IMG/VR virus record: IMGVR_UViG_3300009008_000039
Location: 1 to 60,785 of that record
Length of the DNA: 60,785 bases
Direction: 5' to 3' (one strand)
DNA from: a virus
Taxonomy: Duplodnaviria > Caudoviricetes
Part shown: positions 52,801-60,785 of the stretch, piece by piece
Layout of the letters: every line of letters begins with the position of its first letter
How positions within the stretch are numbered: position 1 is the stretch's first letter
Program-made: the position numbers and the translations under genes
The notes under the pieces: model-generated
Databases searched by the model: none
Seen by the model: the letters and a program-made list of their open reading frames with translations, nothing else
What the model was told of the DNA's origin: nothing

Positions 52801-53092
52801 TACAAGGAGAGTTGTTCTTCAGCCAAGCCTTTACGGCGTACGCGGCGTATGTAGGGGCTGTCAGTTCTCCGGAGCGCCAGATATCCCCTGATGCATTTCC
52901 TGCTGCGGGCTCACCAAAAAGTTGTGCAAATTCCTTGTAGGATTCCACCTTTACGGGCCTATTTCCCGGGCCCTTCTTAAAACGTCCAATGACCATCGGG
53001 CCCATGCGCTCGGGCAGGGCTGGTATTCCGGACTCGTCTATCTCAGCGAGTTGAACTCCGGGAGAAACAAACTTAAACTTATCAACTGACAT
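49847..53092 (-). CDS. Contractile tail sheath protein (gp18-like)
   Basis: FVSPGV, YPWVKI, WFAPAGF.RG, INPI, GQKTLQ..SALDRINVRRL, P.RAIEFI. Confidence 0.95.
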   Translation of the reverse strand: MSVDKFKFVSPGVQLAEIDESGIPALPERMGPMVIGRFKKGPGNRPVKVESYKEFAQLFGEPAAGNASGDIWRSGELTAPTYAAYAVKAWLKNNSPCTVYRVLGEEAGNAETGQSARAGWRTSGTFANADISSSAGGAYGLFIMPNPDSYPSSNATASITFSDVGTAGSIVTIISADGTSINFTSQAAATDASSNLWNTGSDASDAATQLLSVITHSSGHAGRITGNTDGAVVHLTQSAGGALGNRDITEDEANAAAADGGFGGGVSNIVTGTLAAVWYVEDGAVVLTGSSRDGTNRQAAGALIKSDGGLKFTAKLVQGNVAESDVTKTATFNFDRNSDLFIRKVFNTNPTRTNSQINSSTDNYWLGETFESNLISTENSKMAVTGSSVTETGDHLGVILALDGTQGSSNVEWADHQQQATAAKTGWFFSQDNRGETTASFDPTAHTDSLFRIHALDSGAQANRDYKVSITDIKVPTDNFNKFGTFSLEVRSATDIDNKPAVLERFSGMNLDPKSSNYIGRVIGDRNYTYDEENKRIIEHGENDNRSSYIRVEVSDLVAAGDANGKNPFGVFGPAVVKTHEITDASTGTIISVGSGSTNALPAQTMIDGHAADELLYTSYAMTASVEWPTSRLRVSSSEGSLVQASQAYFGYQSNIAGSRRFNKANLDLHRVTPQAFDQSTVSAGDTLRQYSWVFTLDDVQENSSDTNHAVWVSGSRASGDSFTAVSASASEPYVLTKGFDQFTSPMFGGADGYDVTEQDNFRNSKMGSTPTEINNSAYYSLKKAIDVCADADYLEYDVLTVPGITSDTLNTQLINTCEDRADALAVIDLEGGYLPPHERSESETDSSVLGSVTTTVNNLKDMNINSSYGCAFYPWVKIRDAASDSLLYVPPSVVALGTFSSSQRKSAVWFAPAGFTRGGLSEGSAGLPVLGVRQRLTSTERDKLYDANINPIASFPAEGLVIFGQKTLQVTPSALDRINVRRLMIFVKKEISRIASRVLFDQNVQATWDRFTGQVVPFLEGVQAGLGLSDFKVVLDDTTTTPDLVDRNILYAKIFLKPARAIEFIALDFIITRSGASFED

Positions 53093-53178
53093 ATCACAAC
53101 GCTCCTTAGATGCAAGTTCTACTAAAAAAAATATGAACTTTTTCTTTAATAAATAGTGTCAGTAAAAGACAAACTCCT

Positions 53179-54036
53179 TTAAATTCTAAATTCGCCGTCT
53201 TCGTCCTGAACAACTATTCTTTCGCGGGCAAATCTAATTTCAACAGCGTTCTCTCTTCGGCTCACGCGGGGCTGTTTTTCGTTCTTACCGTCATTTATTA
53301 GGTACCCAAAAACATCAAGCGCAATAGTCGTCTCATACTTCCTTTCATTTGTCTGATAATTGGAGATATTATTTTCCATAGTGTAGTCCTCGCCAATCCA
53401 CGCTTCGTACTGATTTGAATTGTTTTCAAGTATGACGCGACGGTGGCCATTTGTAACACGTATAAAGGGAGTTAATAGATCGTTCATTTGTTCTTGGTAC
53501 TCAGTCCTCAAGACAATCTTATAACCTACAGTGACATAAATTGGTATTGGAATCGTCAAAGTCTCATAAACTATTTTTCCATTTTTATCTTTCTTGTATA
53601 GTGGGAAGTTTTGTTGCCCTCGCCGGCGAAAAGCATCTGCATTGGCAAAATTTCTTGTTTTGTCTTGCTTGATGACTTTGTTGACTGTCAAGAAACCGCC
53701 CTTTAGGTCGCCCTGGGGGTCTATTTTAGAAAACGGTATTACACGACTTTTCTCATCTTTTTTCACCACAGTCCTTTCTATAGAAATAACCGGCAAAATA
53801 ACCATTCCGCTCTTATCACGCTTTATATCATCATTTTTTATATTCTGGGCGCGTTCTGAGCCTGACCAGATGACTGGGACTTTCTTGAATCCCTTATTCG
53901 TTGTAGTTTGAACGTCCATCGTCTCGTTTACAAAGTCATATACAGCAAAATCTATGTTTTCAAGGCTAGATTCAAATCGAGGCACATCGCGAGATGTGTG
54001 TTCTTCACTAATTGTATCTTTTTTATCATGTGCCAT
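53179..54036 (-). CDS. Tail terminator / sheath stabiliser-like protein
   Basis: VPVI...ER, LPVISI.R, P.P..V...Y; position between neck and sheath. Confidence 0.6.
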   Translation of the reverse strand: MAHDKKDTISEEHTSRDVPRFESSLENIDFAVYDFVNETMDVQTTTNKGFKKVPVIWSGSERAQNIKNDDIKRDKSGMVILPVISIERTVVKKDEKSRVIPFSKIDPQGDLKGGFLTVNKVIKQDKTRNFANADAFRRRGQQNFPLYKKDKNGKIVYETLTIPIPIYVTVGYKIVLRTEYQEQMNDLLTPFIRVTNGHRRVILENNSNQYEAWIGEDYTMENNISNYQTNERKYETTIALDVFGYLINDGKNEKQPRVSRRENAVEIRFARERIVVQDEDGEFRI

Positions 54037-54520
54037 CGAACATACCCTCTCTTGTTCTTATACATTCTGCTGAAATCTCCATCTTTTTATCAACTTGACC
54101 AAAAAGCTCTTTAGGCTCTTTCAAGCTGACTATCTCGTAGTAAGCATCTCCATAGCAAATGAAATCCCCTTCGCGGACAAAGAGGTCTTGGTCGTCAGTT
54201 AGGCGACGGTGGTGAAAATGTACCGTAATTTTAGTCATTTTGTCAATTCCATACTTTTCTGTTGTCGTCTCTTGACCTTGGTAGTCTATGAGTGCATATA
54301 CGCGAACTGGGGGCAAAAAAGTCTTAACAATCGCCTCGTTATAAAGTGGATGAAAATTTGTATGCTCTAGATCGACTGGATAATAAGCTATTACTTGGCC
54401 AATAACGCGTTCGATCAACTCGTCATTAACTTGTTTGACCAGATCGCGCTCTTTCTCTCCCAGAAACAAGGGAGGGGGCGGATTTGATGGCTGCGACCAC
54501 TTGTTCTTCTCTTTAGGCAT
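54026..54520 (-). CDS. Neck/head-completion protein (gp14-like)
   Basis: E.I...G..I.YY, LY.E, EGDF...YYEI. Confidence 0.65.
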   Translation of the reverse strand: MPKEKNKWSQPSNPPPPLFLGEKERDLVKQVNDELIERVIGQVIAYYPVDLEHTNFHPLYNEAIVKTFLPPVRVYALIDYQGQETTTEKYGIDKMTKITVHFHHRRLTDDQDLFVREGDFICYGDAYYEIVSLKEPKELFGQVDKKMEISAECIRTREGMFDGT

Positions 54521-54526
54521 CGATTA

Positions 54527-55822
54527 TCATCCCTGATAAATAAAATACGGGTAAGATTGCACTGTTTCTTGTGTGTTTTTAACCATATTCTTTTGAATTT
54601 CTGTAATCTTCTCGTAAGTCAACTCATCAAGAACTTTCTGCAATTCTTCTCTCAGGGCTTTCTGCTCATCTCTGGCCTCAGATATTAATTTATCTCCGTT
54701 TAGCGTAACATTGTTGCCAGGAATTGGTATTTGGCCAAATTTTGATCTTACTTGGCCGAGCGTCTCTTTAACCAAAGAAAGTGCGAATCTACGAATCCAT
54801 TGTTTGCCAATAGAGTTTATGTTTGCATAAGGGATGTTCGCCATGGGGAGGGTGTTCATGTTGTTTACGCCACCTACACCATTTTTTCTATCAGACTGCT
54901 CGTCAAATGGGTCCTCATCGACAGTGAACTCAAACCACATCTTACTGGGTGATGTTGTCGTTGGCCTTGGGAATATTCTTAAAACATTATTCTTTATTTC
55001 GTAAGAATAGTGCGAATTTCTAGTATAAATTGCGTCTTCATATGACATCGCCTGGAGCTTGTTTTGCCATGGCGGTATAACCTCAAATGATGAGTCATCG
55101 GCATACATACCGTATGTTGACATGTTGCCAACAGTGTTCATGCCGCCATAATAGCCGTAGAAACGCCACATAGAGTGTGGCGTCTTAAAATACACTCTTC
55201 GAATGGCGATTCTCTTATTATTAACAGAATTATAAAAATCAGAACTTGCAGTTAACGACAGGTCTTGTACGATTTCTTGCAAATCATAATCTTGCTTGTC
55301 CTGGTCTGTGTCAAAAGATGCCGAATATACCGGAACATCGCCGCCAATTCCAACTTGCTTGCTGGCATGGTCCATAACGCGCTTACTATAGCCAAATTGA
55401 AATTTTGGAAATTTTAATTCAATGTTACTTCCACTCAGAGCGTCTGTCCTCTGGCCGTCGGAATCAAACGTCCCAGTTGCGGCGCCGAGTGAGCTGTGTA
55501 GAATGTTCTTTGATTGATGAATATTGACAATATACGAATATTCTAATACCGCCTCTTCATAAGCGGTGTATACATTTTCCTCAACAAGTTCAATATCAAG
55601 AACATCGCCGCCTAATTTGCGATATGTAAAAGAAACTTGCTCAAGGGCGCCGGTGACAAAACTTGCATCATATAAGTCATTAGTTGTGCCATCGTTTTTT
55701 AACGAAGATACATATACTCCATATGGATAGCTAGATGTAGATGCAGCAGTAGCAAGCGTACCTGTTACTGGCAGCACCACTGTAGAAGTGTTTGAACTTG
55801 GTGTTAGAGTCGGCTGGGCCAT
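54527..55822 (-). CDS. Neck protein (gp13-like)
   Basis: KLG..V.DIEL, WIRRFAL...KE.LG.VRSKF..IP.P...VTLNG. Confidence 0.8.
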   Translation of the reverse strand: MAQPTLTPSSNTSTVVLPVTGTLATAASTSSYPYGVYVSSLKNDGTTNDLYDASFVTGALEQVSFTYRKLGGDVLDIELVEENVYTAYEEAVLEYSYIVNIHQSKNILHSSLGAATGTFDSDGQRTDALSGSNIELKFPKFQFGYSKRVMDHASKQVGIGGDVPVYSASFDTDQDKQDYDLQEIVQDLSLTASSDFYNSVNNKRIAIRRVYFKTPHSMWRFYGYYGGMNTVGNMSTYGMYADDSSFEVIPPWQNKLQAMSYEDAIYTRNSHYSYEIKNNVLRIFPRPTTTSPSKMWFEFTVDEDPFDEQSDRKNGVGGVNNMNTLPMANIPYANINSIGKQWIRRFALSLVKETLGQVRSKFGQIPIPGNNVTLNGDKLISEARDEQKALREELQKVLDELTYEKITEIQKNMVKNTQETVQSYPYFIYQG

Positions 55823-55865
55823 GCATAGTCTCTCCTATCAGTATAACTAGTTAGGAGAGTCCGTT

Positions 55866-56351
55866 TTATCCACGGGCAGAGGTACTCTTAGAGCTTGTTT
55901 TCTTAGCTGTGGCCTTTTGAGCCTTTCTAGTCGGCTTTTTGCTTGTTGTTTTTTTGGAGGTCGACTTGTTGGACCTGACTTGCGCTTGGCTAGTCGTACT
56001 CTTAGCACTTTTGGTTGTTTTTGTCGTTTCCTCTTTGGGGTTTGTGTCGACAAGCGTTGTAGGTGTCACAGTGGCCACTAATTTAGCCTCTGTGGAAACT
56101 GTTTCTATCTGTTCAACCTCTGGTGCTGCTGCTTCGGTCTCTATTACCTCGATCTTCTCTGCTGCCACATTCTTCAAAGTCACTTCCTCTGTAGGTGTGG
56201 CCAGAATGGGTTGTGCTGTCGTAGTTGTAGTGGTGGTTGTCGTAGCCACAACATCTGCTTCTTCCCCTCGGCGCCTTGCTATGGCCTGTCGAACAGAAGC
56301 ATACTTTCTAGCATACTTTGGCATTGTTAATCTTTTGCGTCGTTTACCCAT
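55866..56351 (-). CDS. Low-complexity Lys/Thr-rich late protein
   Basis: AGGAGG SD; basic termini, Thr9 run. Confidence 0.65.
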   Translation of the reverse strand: MGKRRKRLTMPKYARKYASVRQAIARRRGEEADVVATTTTTTTTTAQPILATPTEEVTLKNVAAEKIEVIETEAAAPEVEQIETVSTEAKLVATVTPTTLVDTNPKEETTKTTKSAKSTTSQAQVRSNKSTSKKTTSKKPTRKAQKATAKKTSSKSTSARG

Positions 56352-56392
56352 GGTGGGCCTCCTGTGTTATAGTAATAATTAGTATAAAAGAC

Positions 56393-56425
56393 AAAAAACC
56401 CCGTATTAACGCTAATACGGGGTTT
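56393..56425 (-). terminator. Intrinsic terminator
   Basis: AAACCCCGTATTA/TAATACGGGGTTT stem then T-tract. Confidence 0.85.
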
Positions 56426-56452
56426 AAGTGCTGATAAGGCTTTATAATAAAA

Positions 56453-56860
56453 TTAGCTTACTGTGATCACAGAGCCAGAAGCGTGAGCTAATACATGCCA
56501 ATTGCTTCCGTCACAAACAAGCTCAACTTGCGAGCCCGAATTGGCGGCATCTGCGATCGCCAGGTCAGATCCTGCGAGTGAAACAGCTAAATTGTCTCCG
56601 ACGTGGATACCCATCATGGAGGTGGCACTGTCTGCGCTCGCGGTGACGTTCACAGCCCCGCCTCCAGATGCGGCGCCGGTTTTTAAAACCTTGCACCACC
56701 ATCCGTTGCCTGCATCGGTGATGGCGGGCAAAGTAAGGGTTATTGCAGCATCACCAACAACTGTGAAAAGCGTTCCACAATCGCCGACGGCAACTGTCTT
56801 GGTTGCAGTTACATTCTCAACTTTTTTTCTATCTGCGCTATATCTTCCTAGCTTACTCAT
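56453..56860 (-). CDS. Putative capsid decoration/small virion protein (start MSKLGR)
   Basis: AAGGAG SD; beta-rich TLP...G...ELVCDG.NW pattern; follows MCP. Confidence 0.65.
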   Translation of the reverse strand: MSKLGRYSADRKKVENVTATKTVAVGDCGTLFTVVGDAAITLTLPAITDAGNGWWCKVLKTGAASGGGAVNVTASADSATSMMGIHVGDNLAVSLAGSDLAIADAANSGSQVELVCDGSNWHVLAHASGSVITVS

Positions 56861-56940
56861 GTTTGGTATCTCCTTATATAAAAGGCATTGCGCCTTATCA
56901 ATCATAATAAATAGTAAAGTCTTGTTTGAAATTCCAAAAT

Positions 56941-56974
56941 AAAAACCCCGCCAAGAGAAAACTCAAGGCGGGGC
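56941..56974 (-). terminator. Intrinsic terminator after major capsid gene
   Basis: GCCCCGCC/GGCGGGGT stem then T-tract. Confidence 0.75.
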
Positions 56975-57000
56975 TCTTAATTGGCTACTTATTGGTTAGC

Positions 57001-58719
57001 TTAGCTTGCGCCAGACTCTCCGAGCAGACCGCGTACGACAACTAGACCGTACATGTCAGGACGGACCATCTTCTTAGCGTAACGGGTCATAACGCCCTTA
57101 CGCGGCACGAAGTCTTCCGTACCAAAGATGGTGGGAGTGACCTGTAGCGGCACATAAGGTGCGTATACATAACCACTCTCAAGGAATCCGCTGCCCTTGC
57201 GGCCAACTAGTACCACGTTTCGTGGGAAGTAGGGGTCGACATGGACGTCCCACTTCTTAGAAATCGAGCCTACGTTGACAGCACCGACAGAACCCTTGTC
57301 TGCGTCAGCAGTGACACTGGCACGGAAACCAGAAGTGAACTCAAGGATGTTAGCAACCTCTGGAGATGTAACCAGGAAGTTAGCTCCACCGCGGAGTGTC
57401 TTTCTGTGGATCTGAGCCGACACGTCATTGATTGTCTCAATGAGTGTCTCATACCACTCGCTAACAGTACCGGTGAAGTCAGGAGCTGCTGTTGTTGCAC
57501 CAAGCTCTGCTCCAGTAGTACGATCAACGAAGAGGCCGGGGGAGCGGGACCAGTAGTAAGTACCGGCTGTTGCACCCTGGACGAGATCGTTAAGAATCTC
57601 ACGATCGATTTCAAGGGCGATCTGCTCAGAAAGAAGCTGAGTTAGCTCGACCTCTGCATCGAGGTTGTGATATGCATTGAGATCCTGACCAAGCTCGGGG
57701 GACCACTTGGCCTTGAGCTTCTTGGTCATCGCGGTAACAGCAATGCTGTCCACCTTGATGTCGATCTCGGCAATCTCGTTCTTGCCAGTTCCGTCACCTT
57801 CGTTACCGGTGCCGGGGTCAGGCTCTTCAAGAGGCCAGTTAGCTCCACCTGCGACCGAGCCGAGGGCTCCGCCGTTGTCGAAGTTGTCGACATAGGGGAA
57901 AGAGCATGTAACGGCCTGTGCCGCGGCGGTGGACTCACCGCTGGACGCTCCGTCAGTAATTGTGAAAACCAAGTTTCCATCCGAATCCAGTTTGGTGAGA
58001 CGACGAAGAATCTCGTCATCGTCTTGAAGGCCGTTGTCAATTGTGATTGCACCAAGCATATCAGTGTTAAGCTGGGCAGGGACATCGGCTGCATTCACCT
58101 GGAGCTGGATAACACCCTTCGCCGATGCAGCGGCGAGGAGGTCGGGATCCCAACGAACTTCAGTCTTCTGAGTTTCGGTGAGTGCACCAACGGTGGTCGT
58201 TGTTAAGCCGCTCACTGCAGCTAGCGCGGCGTTGAACGTGCCAGTTGCATGCGAGTAGGCGTTTGCGAGGTTGTAGAAGCCACCGCCGTCTTCAGTGATG
58301 TCAGAAACACCACCGGTTAACTGCGATGCGACCACTCCACCACCGTAGATCGACCCATCTGCAACACCACCCATTCCAGCACGCTCATACGTGAAGTCCA
58401 GGAAGAAGATGAGACCCGAGGGGAGGCTCATAGGCTGAACGGATACAAGATCGTTAGCCAGCAGACCGCCGAATACACGACGGACGATTGGGAATGCTAC
58501 CGAAGCGAAACCTTCGACGTCACCAGCAGCCATGGAGGAAGCCTCCTTTAGAAGCTGTGAAGCTTGGTTCTCCAGTAGGCGGGCCATGCCCGACTTTTCT
58601 TGGTCATTGTTGAGTCCCTCAAGAAGGCCAGTTGCTTCCCACTTTTCAAGTAGGGCAACACCTTCTCTGTTCAGGGAACGCTCAACGATGCCTTCAGTTA
58701 ATTTTTGTAAAACAGACAT
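57001..58719 (-). CDS. Major capsid protein (T4 gp23 family), start MSVLQKL
   Basis: LLENQ, VSVQPM..PSGLIF, KLKAKWS.EL.QDL.AYH..DAE.EL, YAPYVPL, P.KG.MTRY. Confidence 0.95.
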   Translation of the reverse strand: MSVLQKLTEGIVERSLNREGVALLEKWEATGLLEGLNNDQEKSGMARLLENQASQLLKEASSMAAGDVEGFASVAFPIVRRVFGGLLANDLVSVQPMSLPSGLIFFLDFTYERAGMGGVADGSIYGGGVVASQLTGGVSDITEDGGGFYNLANAYSHATGTFNAALAAVSGLTTTTVGALTETQKTEVRWDPDLLAAASAKGVIQLQVNAADVPAQLNTDMLGAITIDNGLQDDDEILRRLTKLDSDGNLVFTITDGASSGESTAAAQAVTCSFPYVDNFDNGGALGSVAGGANWPLEEPDPGTGNEGDGTGKNEIAEIDIKVDSIAVTAMTKKLKAKWSPELGQDLNAYHNLDAEVELTQLLSEQIALEIDREILNDLVQGATAGTYYWSRSPGLFVDRTTGAELGATTAAPDFTGTVSEWYETLIETINDVSAQIHRKTLRGGANFLVTSPEVANILEFTSGFRASVTADADKGSVGAVNVGSISKKWDVHVDPYFPRNVVLVGRKGSGFLESGYVYAPYVPLQVTPTIFGTEDFVPRKGVMTRYAKKMVRPDMYGLVVVRGLLGESGAS

Positions 58720-58742
58720 TTTAAAGTTCTCCTTATAGTTAG

Positions 58743-59843
58743 TTATTTGTCTATTCCCGCAAGGAATTTCCAACGGTTTAATGTTGGATTTGCATTTTGC
58801 TCTCTAGAATTCTCTCTTCGAGAAGACAAAATTACTGAAGAAGTCTTTTGTACTGCCTCACTCAGCGAATTTGGCGCCGCATTGCGAGAAGTGCCGCCCA
58901 CTGTGTTTTGAAGTGTCTCAAAAATTACTTTCGCTTCTTCTATCGTTGTGGCGCTAGCGACCGCTTCGGCAAGCTTCTGCTTTTGCCGCTCATTCAGGGA
59001 GTCGTCGACTAGTGCCATATTTTGATAAAGCATCTTAGCATTTTCTACATTAGCCTTATCAAGTTTCTCTTCTAAGATTGTTACTGCATCTTTTAACTTT
59101 GTTATATACTCGGTTGTGTTATCAAGTGCCTCAACAAGCTTGTTGTTCTGTGTTGTAACTGTTTCGTTTGTTGCGGTAAGTTCGCTAACAGCCTTTCTGA
59201 GAGCTGCCCTTTCTTCATGGACCTCCGCATCCTGCTCCATAGCGAGCAACTCTTCCTCTGCTAGTTCTATAACACCCTGCGAGGGCTCAAGCCAGCCGCC
59301 TTTCTTGGGCTGTATGTCAACAGAAACAGCTTCTTCTAATGATTCTTCTTCGGAGAGGTCCAACTCTACAAGGTCTATCTCCTCATAGAGGTCCTCGTCC
59401 TCTTCTACTCCGGAATGGCCCGGGCAAGCCTCTTCTAGGTCTGTGAGTTCTTCGGCAAGAGAAGGATCCATCACTTCATCGCCGCCCTGGAAACTCATCG
59501 TTTCAGTCATGTTTGTTATTTCTTCTAAAAGCTTGTCTAATGGTATCTCTATCTGCCCATCATCTTCAGCAGTGACTGAGAGGGGGATGTGCTCCATTAC
59601 TGAGGACTCTACTGGAGCGGCGCCTGGAGCGGTTGGATCTTCTGCTGGAGCATCACCTGCTATAGCTGCTTCTAATTCTCCTCCGAGATCGCCCAGTGCT
59701 GGTTCTTCTTGTTCTAAAAGGGAATCAACAGCATTTCTTATCTGATCGGAGTATTTTTCTAAAATTAAAGTTTCAGCATTTTTTGCTGCTGCTTCTTTTA
59801 ATGCCTCAGCATCTATAATTGCTTGTTCTAGCATGTCAGACAT
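58743..59843 (-). CDS. Prohead scaffolding protein (gp22-like)
   Basis: Acidic coiled coil upstream of MCP; ends RWKFLAGI. Confidence 0.8.
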   Translation of the reverse strand: MSDMLEQAIIDAEALKEAAAKNAETLILEKYSDQIRNAVDSLLEQEEPALGDLGGELEAAIAGDAPAEDPTAPGAAPVESSVMEHIPLSVTAEDDGQIEIPLDKLLEEITNMTETMSFQGGDEVMDPSLAEELTDLEEACPGHSGVEEDEDLYEEIDLVELDLSEEESLEEAVSVDIQPKKGGWLEPSQGVIELAEEELLAMEQDAEVHEERAALRKAVSELTATNETVTTQNNKLVEALDNTTEYITKLKDAVTILEEKLDKANVENAKMLYQNMALVDDSLNERQKQKLAEAVASATTIEEAKVIFETLQNTVGGTSRNAAPNSLSEAVQKTSSVILSSRRENSREQNANPTLNRWKFLAGIDK

Positions 59844-59880
59844 TTACACACTCCTATGATGATGAAAGTAATTCGTCAAA

Positions 59881-59888
59881 ATAAATAG
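59881..59888 (-). promoter_or_regulatory. Late-promoter-like motif CTATTTAT (representative copy)
   Basis: CTA(T/A/G)TTAT also at 56907, 56375, 55843, 53149, 49827, 48131, 36010, 19888, 12677, 10606, 7754. Confidence 0.65.
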
Positions 59889-59956
59889 TACATGTATTTC
59901 GTAAATGACTGTTTTTTAACACATATTCTCGCGCGCGTGTGTGTATACTTGTATAT

Positions 59957-59997
59957 AAAGCAAAGCCCCGCTCAAACACGATGGCTGAGCGGGGCTT
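59957..59997 (-). terminator. Intrinsic terminator after fibre gene
   Basis: AAGCCCCGCTCA/TGAGCGGGGCTT stem then TGCTTT. Confidence 0.7.
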
Positions 59998-60039
59998 GTC
60001 CGACTAATCGAAATTAACCGAAGTCGTAACCGAAGTTAC

Positions 60040-60785
60040 TTATTTTTTTAATGCAGCCTTGAGATCATCGATCTGAATCTGCTGAGCCTTGACAGCCTCA
60101 ACGAGAACAGAAGTCAAACGACCGTAATCGATACCAGCAGCGTTTCCATTTGCATGGAATCCGCAAACCTCTGGTGCGATCTCTGCCATCTCTTCAGCGA
60201 TGAAACCAATGTCATGACGACCTGTGGCCTTCATGTCGTAAGTAACACCTTGCATCTTCTTCACCATACCAAGCGCACCATGGAGTGGTTGGATGTTCTC
60301 CTTGAGCTTACGCTCTGAGACTGAGGTGAAGAGGTTTGCTGTAGCGTCGCCGGTGATGACGAGGTCAGCATTCATGTTGACGTTATCCACGAAGGTCTGG
60401 ACACCGGAGAAATTGTTCCCACCGGCAAGGTTGGCCTTCAAGGCGTCAGCAGCAACGCGTGCGGCAGCTTCAGCAGCAATAGCAGCATCAGCGTCAGACT
60501 CGTTCTGGTCAACGTCAGCTTGCAGTGCAGTGATTGCAGCAGCGCGTGCAACTTCCTCAGCAGCAAGACGTGTTGTCAGAGAAGCCTCAGCAGCATCGCT
60601 GTCAGACTCATTCTGGTCAACGTCAGCTTGCAGAGCAGTGATTGCAGCAGCGCGTGCACTCTCTTCAGCACCAAGACGTGTTGTCAGAGAAGTATCAGCA
60701 GCAGCACGTGCAACGCCTTCAGCGGCGATTGCAGCATCAGCGTCAGACTCATTCTGGTCAACGTCAGCTTGCAGAGCAGTGATTG
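60040..60785 (-). CDS. Fibre protein C-terminus (partial): coiled-coil repeats + peptidase S74 intramolecular chaperone domain
   Basis: Frame open to window edge; SERKLKENI, GFIAEEM, IDYGRL..VLVEAVK. Confidence 0.85.
   Translation of the reverse strand, partial: ITALQADVDQNESDADAAIAAEGVARAAADTSLTTRLGAEESARAAAITALQADVDQNESDSDAAEASLTTRLAAEEVARAAAITALQADVDQNESDADAAIAAEAAARVAADALKANLAGGNNFSGVQTFVDNVNMNADLVITGDATANLFTSVSERKLKENIQPLHGALGMVKKMQGVTYDMKATGRHDIGFIAEEMAEIAPEVCGFHANGNAAGIDYGRLTSVLVEAVKAQQIQIDDLKAALKK
60480..60785 (-). repeat. Coding tandem repeats (AITALQADVDQNESD...) in fibre
   Basis: Core ttctggtcaacgtcagcttgcag at 60503, 60611, 60752 (periods 108 and 141 nt). Confidence 0.9.

Noticed and set aside
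55847-56053. 68-aa alternative-frame basic ORF
   Set aside because: Frame-shifted shadow of the low-complexity 55866..56351 gene, which has the SD
57001-58773. ORF-track upstream starts for MCP (also guaB, 56453 gene, GIY-YIG, 20544 gene)
   Set aside because: Downstream starts mostly have proper SD spacing, avoid long overlaps and match family N-termini
60480-60785. Possible CRISPR array
   Set aside because: Repeats are in-frame coding units with related, not unique, intervening sequence; no cas genes

Overview
A 60.8-kb segment of a large T4-like (gp23-type capsid, contractile tail) bacteriophage genome, with essentially every real gene on the minus strand. In transcription order (right to left) it carries: (1) a fibre C-terminus and the head/neck/tail/baseplate cluster; (2) a compact family-A polymerase coupled to a degenerate tubulin/FtsZ-like gene; (3) a replication block: gp32-like SSB, RecA/UvsX, 5'-3' exonuclease, DnaB-like helicase, class II RNR and DnaE; (4) nucleotide and metabolic genes (cysteine synthase, dUTPase, IMPDH/GMPR); (5) a proteostasis set (GroEL, GroES, ClpP, Hsp20, J-domain protein, peptide deformylase, glutaredoxin); (6) six tRNAs plus a short TilS; (7) about 10 kb of small ORFs dominated by one 'xGDLV' SH3-like family. 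The most notable signals are non-coding. Two copies of a covarying pseudoknot-like RNA motif lie in the ssb-recA operon, and a gene-32-style pseudoknot sits in the ssb leader. The tilS stop codon is buried inside its probable substrate tRNA-Ile(CAU). There is also a slippery T7 site before the tape measure gene, a ROSE-like thermometer at hsp20, leaderless early promoters and a recurrent CTA(T/A/G)TTAT late-promoter-like motif. All protein calls come from recognising motifs by eye; no database searches were run.
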